From the human T2T-CHM13v2.0 reference genome, Homo sapiens, in assembly GCF_009914755.1 (NCBI RefSeq), contig NC_060941.1: a DNA stretch of 64,000 bases; one strand, 5' to 3'. The first letter of the stretch is position 1; each line of letters starts with the position of its first letter. Shown one piece after another: positions 11,601 to 24,435 of the stretch. The notes under the pieces are model-generated. The model did no database searches. It was given only the letters and a program-made list of their open reading frames with translations, and was not told the DNA's origin. The position numbers and the translations under genes were made by a program.

Positions 11601-14600
11601 GGAGGGCTTTGAGGCCTGTGGTGGAAAAGGAATTATCTTCCCGTAAAAGCTAGATAGAAGCATTCTCAGAAACTACTTTGTGATGATTGCATTCAAGTCA
11701 CAGAGTTGAACATTCCCTTTGACAGAGCAGTTTGGAAACTCTCTTTGTGTAGAATCTGCAAGTGGAGATATGGACCGCTTTGAGGCCTATGGTAGTAAAG
11801 GAAATAGCTTCATATAAAAGCTAGACAGTAGCATTCACAGAAAACTCTTGGTGACGACTGAGTTTAACTCACAGAGCTGAACATTCCTTTGGATGGAGCA
11901 GTTTCGAAACACACTATTTGTAGAATGTGCAAGTGGATATTGGGGCCTCTCTGAGGATTTCGTTGGAAACGGGATAAACCGCACAGAACTAAACAGAAGC
12001 ATTCTCAGAACCTTCTTCGTGATGTTTGCATTCAACTCACAGTGTTGAACCTTTCTTTGATAGTTCAGGTTTGAAACGGTCTTTCTGTAGAAACTGCAAG
12101 TAGATATTTGGACCTCTCTGAGGATTTCGTTGGAAACGGGATAACCCGCACAGAACTAAAACAGAAGCATTCTCAGAACCCTCTTCGTGATGTTTGCATT
12201 CAACTCACAGTGCTGAACCTTTCTTTGATAGTTCAGCTTTGAAACACTCTTTTTGTAGAAACTGCAAGTGGATATTTGGTCCTCTCTGAGGATTTCGTTG
12301 GAAACGGGATAAACTGCACAGAACTAAACAGAAGCATTCTCAGAACCTTCTTCGTGATGTCTGCATTCAACTCACAGTGTGGAACCTTTCTTTGATAGTT
12401 CAGGTTTGAAACACTCTTTTTGTAGAAACTGCAAGGGGATAATTGCACTCTTTGAGGAGTACCGTAGTAAAGGAAATAACTTCCTATAAAAAGAAGACAG
12501 AAGCTTTCTCAGAAAATTCTTTGGGATGATTGAGTTGAACTCACAGAGCTGAGCATTCCTTGCGATGTAGCAGTTTAGAAACACACTTTCTGCAGAATCT
12601 GCAAGTGCATATTTGGACCTCTGTGAGGAATTCGTTGGAAACGGGATAATTTCAGCTGACTAAACAGAAGCAGTCTCAGAATCTTCTTTGTGATGTTTGC
12701 ATTCAAATCCCCGAGTTGAACTTTCCTTTCAAAGTTCACGTTTGAAACACTCTTTTTGCAGGATCTACAAGTGGATATTTGGACCACTCTGTGTCCTTCG
12801 TTCGAAACGGGTATATCTTCACATGACATCTAGACAGAAGCATCCTCAGAAGCTTCTCTGTGATGACTGCATTCAACTCACGGAGTTGAACACTCCTTTT
12901 GAGAGCGCAGTTTTGAAACTCTCTTTCTGTGGCATCTGCAAGGGGACATGTAGACCTCTTTGAAGATTTCGTTGGAAACGGAATCATCTTCACATAAAAA
13001 CTATACAGATGCATTCTCAGGAACTTTTTGGTGATGTTTGTATTCAACTCCCAGAGTTGAACTTTCCTTTGGAAAGAGCAGCTATGAAACACTGTTTTTC
13101 TAGAATCTGCAAGTGGACGTTTGGAGGGCTTTGTGGTTTGTGGTGGAAAAGGAAATATCTTCACCTAAATACTAGATAGAAGCATTCTCAGAAACTGCTT
13201 TGTGATGATTGCATTCACCTCACAGAGTTGAACATTCCTATTGATAGAGCAGTTTGGAAACACTCTTGTTGTGGAATGTGCAAGTGGAGATTTGGAGCGC
13301 TTTGAGGCCTATGGTAGTAAAGGGAATAGCTTCATAGAAAAACTAGACAGAAGCATTCTCAGAAAATACTTTGTGATGATTGAGTTTAACTCACAGAGCT
13401 GAACATTCCTTTGGATGGAGCAGGTTTGAGACACACCTTTTGTAGAATCTACAAGTGGATATTTGGACCTCTCTGAGGATTTCGTTGGAAACGGGATAAC
13501 TGCACCTAACTAAACGGAAGCATTCTCAGAAACTTCTTGGTGATGTTTGCATTCAAATCCCAGAGTTGAACCTTCCTTTGATAGTTCAGGTTTGAAACAC
13601 TCTTTTTGTAGGATCTGCAAGTGGATATTTGGACCACTCTGTGGCCTTCGTTCGAAACGGGTATATCTTCGCATAAAATCTAGACAGAAGCCTTCTCAGA
13701 AACTTCTCTGTGATGATTGCATTCAACTCACAGAGTTGAACCCTCCTATGGATAGAGCAGTGTTGAAACTCTCTTTTTGTGGAATCTGCAAGTGGATATG
13801 TGGACCTCTCCGAAGATGTCTTTGGAAACGGGAATATCTTCACATAAAAACTAAACAGAAGCATTCTCAGAAACTTCTCTGTGATGTTTGTGTTCAACTC
13901 CCAGAGTTTCACATTGCTTTTCATAGAGTAGTTCTGAAACATGCTTTTCGTAGTGTCTACAAGTGGACATTTGGAGCGCTTTCAGGCCTGTGGTGGAAAA
14001 CGAATTATGGTCACATAAAAACTGGAGAGAAGCATTGTCAGAAACTTCTTTGTGATGATTGCATTCAACTCACAGAGTTGAAGGTTCCTTTTCAAAGAGC
14101 AGTTTCCAATCACTCTTTGTGTGGAATCTGCAAGTGGATATTCGGACCTATTTTGAAGATTTCGTTGGAAACGGGAGAATCTTCACAGGAAAGCTAAACA
14201 GAAGCATTCTCAGAAACTTCTTTGTGATGCTTGCATTCAACTCACAGAGTTGAACTTTCCTTTCGAGAGAGAAGCTTTGAAACACTCTTTTTCCAGAATC
14301 TGCAAGTGGACATTTGGAGGGCTTTGAGGCCTGTGGTGGAAAAGGAATTATCTTCCCGTAAAAGCTAGATAGAAGCATTCTCAGAAACTACTTTGTGATG
14401 ATTGCATTCAAGTCACAGAGTTGAACATTCCCTTTGACAGAGCAGTTTGGAAACTCTCTTTGTGTAGAATCTGCAAGTGGAGATATGGACCGCTTTGAGG
14501 CCTATGGTAGTAAAGGAAATAGCTTCATATAAAAGCTAGACAGTAGCATTCACAGAAAACTCTTGGTGACGACTGAGTTTAACTCACAGAGCTGAACATT

Positions 14601-17600
14601 CCTTTGGATGGAGCAGTTTCGAAACACACTATTTGTAGAATGTGCAAGTGGATATTGGGGCCTCTCTGAGGATTTCGTTGGAAACGGGATAAACCGCACA
14701 GAACTAAACAGAAGCATTCTCAGAACCTTCTTCGTGATGTTTGCATTCAACTCACAGTGTTGAACCTTTCTTTGATAGTTCAGGTTTGAAACGGTCTTTC
14801 TGTAGAAACTGCAAGTAGATATTTGGACCTCTCTGAGGATTTCGTTGGAAACGGGATAACCCGCACAGAACTAAAACAGAAGCATTCTCAGAACCCTCTT
14901 CGTGATGTTTGCATTCAACTCACAGTGCTGAACCTTTCTTTGATAGTTCAGCTTTGAAACACTCTTTTTGTAGAAACTGCAAGTGGATATTTGGTCCTCT
15001 CTGAGGATTTCGTTGGAAACGGGATAAACTGCACAGAACTAAACAGAAGCATTCTCAGAACCTTCTTCGTGATGTCTGCATTCAACTCACAGTGTGGAAC
15101 CTTTCTTTGATAGTTCAGGTTTGAAACACTCTTTTTGTAGAAACTGCAAGGGGATAATTGCACTCTTTGAGGAGTACCGTAGTAAAGGAAATAACTTCCT
15201 ATAAAAAGAAGACAGAAGCTTTCTCAGAAAATTCTTTGGGATGATTGAGTTGAACTCACAGAGCTGAGCATTCCTTGCGATGTAGCAGTTTAGAAACACA
15301 CTTTCTGCAGAATCTGCAAGTGCATATTTGGACCTCTGTGAGGAATTCGTTGGAAACGGGATAATTTCAGCTGACTAAACAGAAGCAGTCTCAGAATCTT
15401 CTTTGTGATGTTTGCATTCAAATCCCCGAGTTGAACTTTCCTTTCAAAGTTCACGTTTGAAACACTCTTTTTGCAGGATCTACAAGTGGATATTTGGACC
15501 ACTCTGTGTCCTTCGTTCGAAACGGGTATATCTTCACATGACATCTAGACAGAAGCATCCTCAGAAGCTTCTCTGTGATGACTGCATTCAACTCACGGAG
15601 TTGAACACTCCTTTTGAGAGCGCAGTTTTGAAACTCTCTTTCTGTGGCATCTGCAAGGGGACATGTAGACCTCTTTGAAGATTTCGTTGGAAACGGAATC
15701 ATCTTCACATAAAAACTATACAGATGCATTCTCAGGAACTTTTTGGTGATGTTTGTATTCAACTCCCAGAGTTGAACTTTCCTTTGGAAAGAGCAGCTAT
15801 GAAACACTGTTTTTCTAGAATCTGCAAGTGGACGTTTGGAGGGCTTTGTGGTTTGTGGTGGAAAAGGAAATATCTTCACCTAAATACTAGATAGAAGCAT
15901 TCTCAGAAACTGCTTTGTGATGATTGCATTCACCTCACAGAGTTGAACATTCCTATTGATAGAGCAGTTTGGAAACACTCTTGTTGTGGAATGTGCAAGT
16001 GGAGATTTGGAGCGCTTTGAGGCCTATGGTAGTAAAGGGAATAGCTTCATAGAAAAACTAGACAGAAGCATTCTCAGAAAATACTTTGTGATGATTGAGT
16101 TTAACTCACAGAGCTGAACATTCCTTTGGATGGAGCAGGTTTGAGACACACCTTTTGTAGAATCTACAAGTGGATATTTGGACCTCTCTGAGGATTTCGT
16201 TGGAAACGGGATAACTGCACCTAACTAAACGGAAGCATTCTCAGAAACTTCTTGGTGATGTTTGCATTCAAATCCCAGAGTTGAACCTTCCTTTGATAGT
16301 TCAGGTTTGAAACACTCTTTTTGTAGGATCTGCAAGTGGATATTTGGACCACTCTGTGGCCTTCGTTCGAAACGGGTATATCTTCGCATAAAATCTAGAC
16401 AGAAGCCTTCTCAGAAACTTCTCTGTGATGATTGCATTCAACTCACAGAGTTGAACCCTCCTATGGATAGAGCAGTGTTGAAACTCTCTTTTTGTGGAAT
16501 CTGCAAGTGGATATGTGGACCTCTCCGAAGATGTCTTTGGAAACGGGAATATCTTCACATAAAAACTAAACAGAAGCATTCTCAGAAACTTCTCTGTGAT
16601 GTTTGTGTTCAACTCCCAGAGTTTCACATTGCTTTTCATAGAGTAGTTCTGAAACATGCTTTTCGTAGTGTCTACAAGTGGACATTTGGAGCGCTTTCAG
16701 GCCTGTGGTGGAAAACGAATTATGGTCACATAAAAACTGGAGAGAAGCATTGTCAGAAACTTCTTTGTGATGATTGCATTCAACTCACAGAGTTGAAGGT
16801 TCCTTTTCAAAGAGCAGTTTCCAATCACTCTTTGTGTGGAATCTGCAAGTGGATATTCGGACCTATTTTGAAGATTTCGTTGGAAACGGGAGAATCTTCA
16901 CAGGAAAGCTAAACAGAAGCATTCTCAGAAACTTCTTTGTGATGCTTGCATTCAACTCACAGAGTTGAACTTTCCTTTCGAGAGAGAAGCTTTGAAACAC
17001 TCTTTTTCCAGAATCTGCAAGTGGACATTTGGAGGGCTTTGAGGCCTGTGGTGGAAAAGGAATTATCTTCCCGTAAAAGCTAGATAGAAGCATTCTCAGA
17101 AACTACTTTGTGATGATTGCATTCAAGTCACAGAGTTGAACATTCCCTTTGACAGAGCAGTTTGGAAACTCTCTTTGTGTAGAATCTGCAAGTGGAGATA
17201 TGGACCGCTTTGAGGCCTATGGTAGTAAAGGAAATAGCTTCATATAAAAGCTAGACAGTAGCATTCACAGAAAACTCTTGGTGACGACTGAGTTTAACTC
17301 ACAGAGCTGAACATTCCTTTGGATGGAGCAGTTTCCAAACACACTATTTGTAGAATGTGCAAGTGGATATTGGGGCCTCTCTGAGGATTTCGTTGGAAAC
17401 GGGATAAACCGCACAGAACTAAACAGAAGCATTCTCAGAACCTTCTTCGTGATGTTTGCATTCAACTCACAGTGTTGAACCTTTCTTTGATAGTTCAGGT
17501 TTGAAACGGTCTTTCTGTAGAAACTGCAAGTAGATATTTGGACCTCTCTGAGGATTTCGTTGGAAACGGGATAACCCGCACAGAACTAAAACAGAAGCAT

Positions 17601-20600
17601 TCTCAGAACCCTCTTCGTGATGTTTGCATTCAACTCACAGTGCTGAACCTTTCTTTGATAGTTCAGCTTTGAAACACTCTTTTTGTAGAAACTGCAAGTG
17701 GATATTTGGTCCTCTCTGAGGATTTCGTTGGAAACGGGATAAACTGCACAGAACTAAACAGAAGCATTCTCAGAACCTTCTTCGTGATGTCTGCATTCAA
17801 CTCACAGTGTGGAACCTTTCTTTGATAGTTCAGGTTTGAAACACTCTTTTTGTAGAAACTGCAAGGGGATAATTGCACTCTTTGAGGAGTACCGTAGTAA
17901 AGGAAATAACTTCCTATAAAAAGAAGACAGAAGCTTTCTCAGAAAATTCTTTGGGATGATTGAGTTGAACTCACAGAGCTGAGCATTCCTTGCGATGTAG
18001 CAGTTTAGAAACACACTTTCTGCAGAATCTGCAAGTGCATATTTGGACCTCTGTGAGGAATTCGTTGGAAACGGGATAATTTCAGCTGACTAAACAGAAG
18101 CAGTCTCAGAATCTTCTTTGTGATGTTTGCATTCAAATCCCCGAGTTGAACTTTCCTTTCAAAGTTCACGTTTGAAACACTCTTTTTGCAGGATCTACAA
18201 GTGGATATTTGGACCACTCTGTGTCCTTCGTTCGAAACGGGTATATCTTCACATGACATCTAGACAGAAGCATCCTCAGAAGCTTCTCTGTGATGACTGC
18301 ATTCAACTCACGGAGTTGAACACTCCTTTTGAGAGCGCAGTTTTGAAACTCTCTTTCTGTGGCATCTGCAAGGGGACATGTAGACCTCTTTGAAGATTTC
18401 GTTGGAAACGGAATCATCTTCACATAAAAACTATACAGATGCATTCTCAGGAACTTTTTGGTGATGTTTGTATTCAACTCCCAGAGTTGAACTTTCCTTT
18501 GGAAAGAGCAGCTATGAAACACTGTTTTTCTAGAATCTGCAAGTGGACGTTTGGAGGGCTTTGTGGTTTGTGGTGGAAAAGGAAATATCTTCACCTAAAT
18601 ACTAGATAGAAGCATTCTCAGAAACTGCTTTGTGATGATTGCATTCACCTCACAGAGTTGAACATTCCTATTGATAGAGCAGTTTGGAAACACTCTTGTT
18701 GTGGAATGTGCAAGTGGAGATTTGGAGCGCTTTGAGGCCTATGGTAGTAAAGGGAATAGCTTCATAGAAAAACTAGACAGAAGCATTCTCAGAAAATACT
18801 TTGTGATGATTGAGTTTAACTCACAGAGCTGAACATTCCTTTGGATGGAGCAGGTTTGAGACACACCTTTTGTAGAATCTACAAGTGGATATTTGGACCT
18901 CTCTGAGGATTTCGTTGGAAACGGGATAACTGCACCTAACTAAACGGAAGCATTCTCAGAAACTTCTTGGTGATGTTTGCATTCAAATCCCAGAGTTGAA
19001 CCTTCCTTTGATAGTTCAGGTTTGAAACACTCTTTTTGTAGGATCTGCAAGTGGATATTTGGACCACTCTGTGGCCTTCGTTCGAAACGGGTATATCTTC
19101 GCATAAAATCTAGACAGAAGCCTTCTCAGAAACTTCTCTGTGATGATTGCATTCAACTCACAGAGTTGAACCCTCCTATGGATAGAGCAGTGTTGAAACT
19201 CTCTTTTTGTGGAATCTGCAAGTGGATATGTGGACCTCTCCGAAGATGTCTTTGGAAACGGGAATATCTTCACATAAAAACTAAACAGAAGCATTCTCAG
19301 AAACTTCTCTGTGATGTTTGTGTTCAACTCCCAGAGTTTCACATTGCTTTTCATAGAGTAGTTCTGAAACATGCTTTTCGTAGTGTCTACAAGTGGACAT
19401 TTGGAGCGCTTTCAGGCCTGTGGTGGAAAACGAATTATGGTCACATAAAAACTGGAGAGAAGCATTGTCAGAAACTTCTTTGTGATGATTGCATTCAACT
19501 CACAGAGTTGAAGGTTCCTTTTCAAAGAGCAGTTTCCAATCACTCTTTGTGTGGAATCTGCAAGTGGATATTCGGACCTATTTTGAAGATTTCGTTGGAA
19601 ACGGGAGAATCTTCACAGGAAAGCTAAACAGAAGCATTCTCAGAAACTTCTTTGTGATGCTTGCATTCAACTCACAGAGTTGAACTTTCCTTTCGAGAGA
19701 GAAGCTTTGAAACACTCTTTTTCCAGAATCTGCAAGTGGACATTTGGAGGGCTTTGAGGCCTGTGGTGGAAAAGGAATTATCTTCCCGTAAAAGCTAGAT
19801 AGAAGCATTCTCAGAAACTACTTTGTGATGATTGCATTCAAGTCACAGAGTTGAACATTCCCTTTGACAGAGCAGTTTGGAAACTCTCTTTGTGTAGAAT
19901 CTGCAAGTGGAGATATGGACCGCTTTGAGGCCTATGGTAGTAAAGGAAATAGCTTCATATAAAAGCTAGACAGTAGCATTCACAGAAAACTCTTGGTGAC
20001 GACTGAGTTTAACTCACAGAGCTGAACATTCCTTTGGATGGAGCAGTTTCGAAACACACTATTTGTAGAATGTGCAAGTGGATATTGGGGCCTCTCTGAG
20101 GATTTCGTTGGAAACGGGATAAACCGCACAGAACTAAACAGAAGCATTCTCAGAACCTTCTTCGTGATGTTTGCATTCAACTCACAGTGTTGAACCTTTC
20201 TTTGATAGTTCAGGTTTGAAACGGTCTTTCTGTAGAAACTGCAAGTAGATATTTGGACCTCTCTGAGGATTTCGTTGGAAACGGGATAACCCGCACAGAA
20301 CTAAAACAGAAGCATTCTCAGAACCCTCTTCGTGATGTTTGCATTCAACTCACAGTGCTGAACCTTTCTTTGATAGTTCAGCTTTGAAACACTCTTTTTG
20401 TAGAAACTGCAAGTGGATATTTGGTCCTCTCTGAGGATTTCGTTGGAAACGGGATAAACTGCACAGAACTAAACAGAAGCATTCTCAGAACCTTCTTCGT
20501 GATGTCTGCATTCAACTCACAGTGTGGAACCTTTCTTTGATAGTTCAGGTTTGAAACACTCTTTTTGTAGAAACTGCAAGGGGATAATTGCACTCTTTGA

Positions 20601-23600
20601 GGAGTACCGTAGTAAAGGAAATAACTTCCTATAAAAAGAAGACAGAAGCTTTCTCAGAAAATTCTTTGGGATGATTGAGTTGAACTCACAGAGCTGAGCA
20701 TTCCTTGCGATGTAGCAGTTTAGAAACACACTTTCTGCAGAATCTGCAAGTGCATATTTGGACCTCTGTGAGGAATTCGTTGGAAACGGGATAATTTCAG
20801 CTGACTAAACAGAAGCAGTCTCAGAATCTTCTTTGTGATGTTTGCATTCAAATCCCCGAGTTGAACTTTCCTTTCAAAGTTCACGTTTGAAACACTCTTT
20901 TTGCAGGATCTACAAGTGGATATTTGGACCACTCTGTGTCCTTCGTTCGAAACGGGTATATCTTCACATGACATCTAGACAGAAGCATCCTCAGAAGCTT
21001 CTCTGTGATGACTGCATTCAACTCACGGAGTTGAACACTCCTTTTGAGAGCGCAGTTTTGAAACTCTCTTTCTGTGGCATCTGCAAGGGGACATGTAGAC
21101 CTCTTTGAAGATTTCGTTGGAAACGGAATCATCTTCACATAAAAACTATACAGATGCATTCTCAGGAACTTTTTGGTGATGTTTGTATTCAACTCCCAGA
21201 GTTGAACTTTCCTTTGGAAAGAGCAGCTATGAAACACTGTTTTTCTAGAATCTGCAAGTGGACGTTTGGAGGGCTTTGTGGTTTGTGGTGGAAAAGGAAA
21301 TATCTTCACCTAAATACTAGATAGAAGCATTCTCAGAAACTGCTTTGTGATGATTGCATTCACCTCACAGAGTTGAACATTCCTATTGATAGAGCAGTTT
21401 GGAAACACTCTTGTTGTGGAATGTGCAAGTGGAGATTTGGAGCGCTTTGAGGCCTATGGTAGTAAAGGGAATAGCTTCATAGAAAAACTAGACAGAAGCA
21501 TTCTCAGAAAATACTTTGTGATGATTGAGTTTAACTCACAGAGCTGAACATTCCTTTGGATGGAGCAGGTTTGAGACACACCTTTTGTAGAATCTACAAG
21601 TGGATATTTGGACCTCTCTGAGGATTTCGTTGGAAACGGGATAACTGCACCTAACTAAACGGAAGCATTCTCAGAAACTTCTTGGTGATGTTTGCATTCA
21701 AATCCCAGAGTTGAACCTTCCTTTGATAGTTCAGGTTTGAAACACTCTTTTTGTAGGATCTGCAAGTGGATATTTGGACCACTCTGTGGCCTTCGTTCGA
21801 AACGGGTATATCTTCGCATAAAATCTAGACAGAAGCCTTCTCAGAAACTTCTCTGTGATGATTGCATTCAACTCACAGAGTTGAACCCTCCTATGGATAG
21901 AGCAGTGTTGAAACTCTCTTTTTGTGGAATCTGCAAGTGGATATGTGGACCTCTCCGAAGATGTCTTTGGAAACGGGAATATCTTCACATAAAAACTAAA
22001 CAGAAGCATTCTCAGAAACTTCTCTGTGATGTTTGTGTTCAACTCCCAGAGTTTCACATTGCTTTTCATAGAGTAGTTCTGAAACATGCTTTTCGTAGTG
22101 TCTACAAGTGGACATTTGGAGCGCTTTCAGGCCTGTGGTGGAAAACGAATTATGGTCACATAAAAACTGGAGAGAAGCATTGTCAGAAACTTCTTTGTGA
22201 TGATTGCATTCAACTCACAGAGTTGAAGGTTCCTTTTCAAAGAGCAGTTTCCAATCACTCTTTGTGTGGAATCTGCAAGTGGATATTTGGACCTATTTTG
22301 AAGATTTCGTTGGAAACGGGAGAATCTTCACAGGAAAGCTAAACAGAAGCATTCTCAGAAACTTCTTTGTGATGCTTGCATTCAACTCACAGAGTTGAAC
22401 TTTCCTTTCGAGAGAGAAGCTTTGAAACACTCTTTTTCCAGAATCTGCAAGTGGACATTTGGAGGGCTTTGAGGCCTGTGGTGGAAAAGGAATTATCTTC
22501 CCGTAAAAGCTAGATAGAAGCATTCTCAGAAACTACTTTGTGATGATTGCATTCAAGTCACAGAGTTGAACATTCCCTTTGACAGAGCAGTTTGGAAACT
22601 CTCTTTGTGTAGAATCTGCAAGTGGAGATATGGACCGCTTTGAGGCCTATGGTAGTAAAGGAAATAGCTTCATATAAAAGCTAGACAGTAGCATTCACAG
22701 AAAACTCTTGGTGACGACTGAGTTTAACTCACAGAGCTGAACATTCCTTTGGATGGAGCAGTTTCGAAACACACTATTTGTAGAATGTGCAAGTGGATAT
22801 TTAGGCCTCTCTGAGGATTTCGTTGGAAACGGGTTAAACCGCACAGAACTAAACAGAAGCATTCTCAGAACCTTCTTCGTGATGTTTGCATTCAACTCAC
22901 AGTGTTGAACCTTTCTTTGATAGTTCAGGTTTGAAACGGTCTTTCTGCAGAAACTGCAAGTAGATATTTGGACCTCTCTGAGGATTTCGTTGGAAACGGG
23001 ATAACCCGCACAGAACTAAAACAGAAGCATTCTCAGAACCCTCTTGGTGATGTTTGCATTCAACTCACAGTGCTGAACCTTTCTTTGATAGTTCAGCTTT
23101 GAAACACTCTTTTTGTAGAAAGTGCAAGTGGATATTTGGTCCTCTCTGAGGATTTCGTTGGAAACGGGATAAACTGCACAGAACTAAACAGAAGCATTCT
23201 CAGAACCTTCTTCGTGATGTCTGCATTCAACTCACAGTGTGGAACCTTTCTTTGATAGTTCAGGTTTGAAACACTCTTTTTGTAGAAACTGCAAGGGGAT
23301 AATTGCACTCTTTGAGGAGTACCGTAGTAAAGGAAATAACTTCCTATAAAAAGAAGACAGAAGCTTTCTCAGAAAATTCTTTGGGATGATTGAGTTGAAC
23401 TCACAGAGCTGAGCATTCCTTGCGATGTAGCAGTTTAGAAACACACTTTCTGCAGAATCTGCAAGTGCATATTTGGACCTCTGTGAGGAATTCGTTGGAA
23501 ACGGGATAATTTCAGCTGACTAAACAGAAGCAGTCTCAGAATCTTCTTTGTGATGTTTGCATTCAAATCCCCGAGTTGAACTTTCCTTTCAAAGTTCACG

Positions 23601-24435
23601 TTTGAAACACTCTTTTTGCAGTATCTACAAGTGGATATTTGGACCACTCTGTGTCCTTCGTTCGAAACGGGTATATCTTCACATGACATCTAGACAGAAG
23701 CATCCTCAGAAGCTTCTCTGTGATGACTGCATTCAACTCACGGAGTTGAACACTCCTTTTGAGAGCGCAGTTTTGAAACTCTCTTTCTGTGGCATCTGCA
23801 AGGGGACATGTAGACCTCTTTGAAGATTTCGTTGGAAACGGAATCATCTTCACATAAAAACTATACAGATGCATTCTCAGGAACTTTTTGGTGATGTTTG
23901 TATTCAACTCCCAGAGTTGAACTTTCCTTTGGAAAGAGCAGCTATGAAACACTGTTTTTCTAGAATCTGCAAGTGGACGTTTGGAGGGCTTTGTGGTTTG
24001 TGGTGGAAAAGGAAATATCTTCACCTAAATACTAGATAGAAGCATTCTCAGAAACTGCTTTGTGATGATTGCATTCACCTCACAGAGTTGAACATTCCTA
24101 TTGATAGAGCAGTTTGGAAACACTCTTGTTGTGGAATGTGCAAGTGGAGATTTGGAGCGCTTTGAGGCCTATGGTAGTAAAGGGAATAGCTTCATAGAAA
24201 AACTAGACAGAAGCATTCTCAGAAAATACTTTGTGATGATTGAGTTTAACTCACAGAGCTGAACATTCCTTTGGATGGAGCAGGTTTGAGACACACTTTT
24301 TGTAGAATCTACAAGTGGATATTTGGACCTCTCTGAGGATTTCGTTGGAAACGGGATAACTGCACCTAACTAAACGGAAGCATTCTCAGAAACTTCTTGG
24401 TGATGTTTGCATTCAAATCCCAGAGTTGAACCTTC

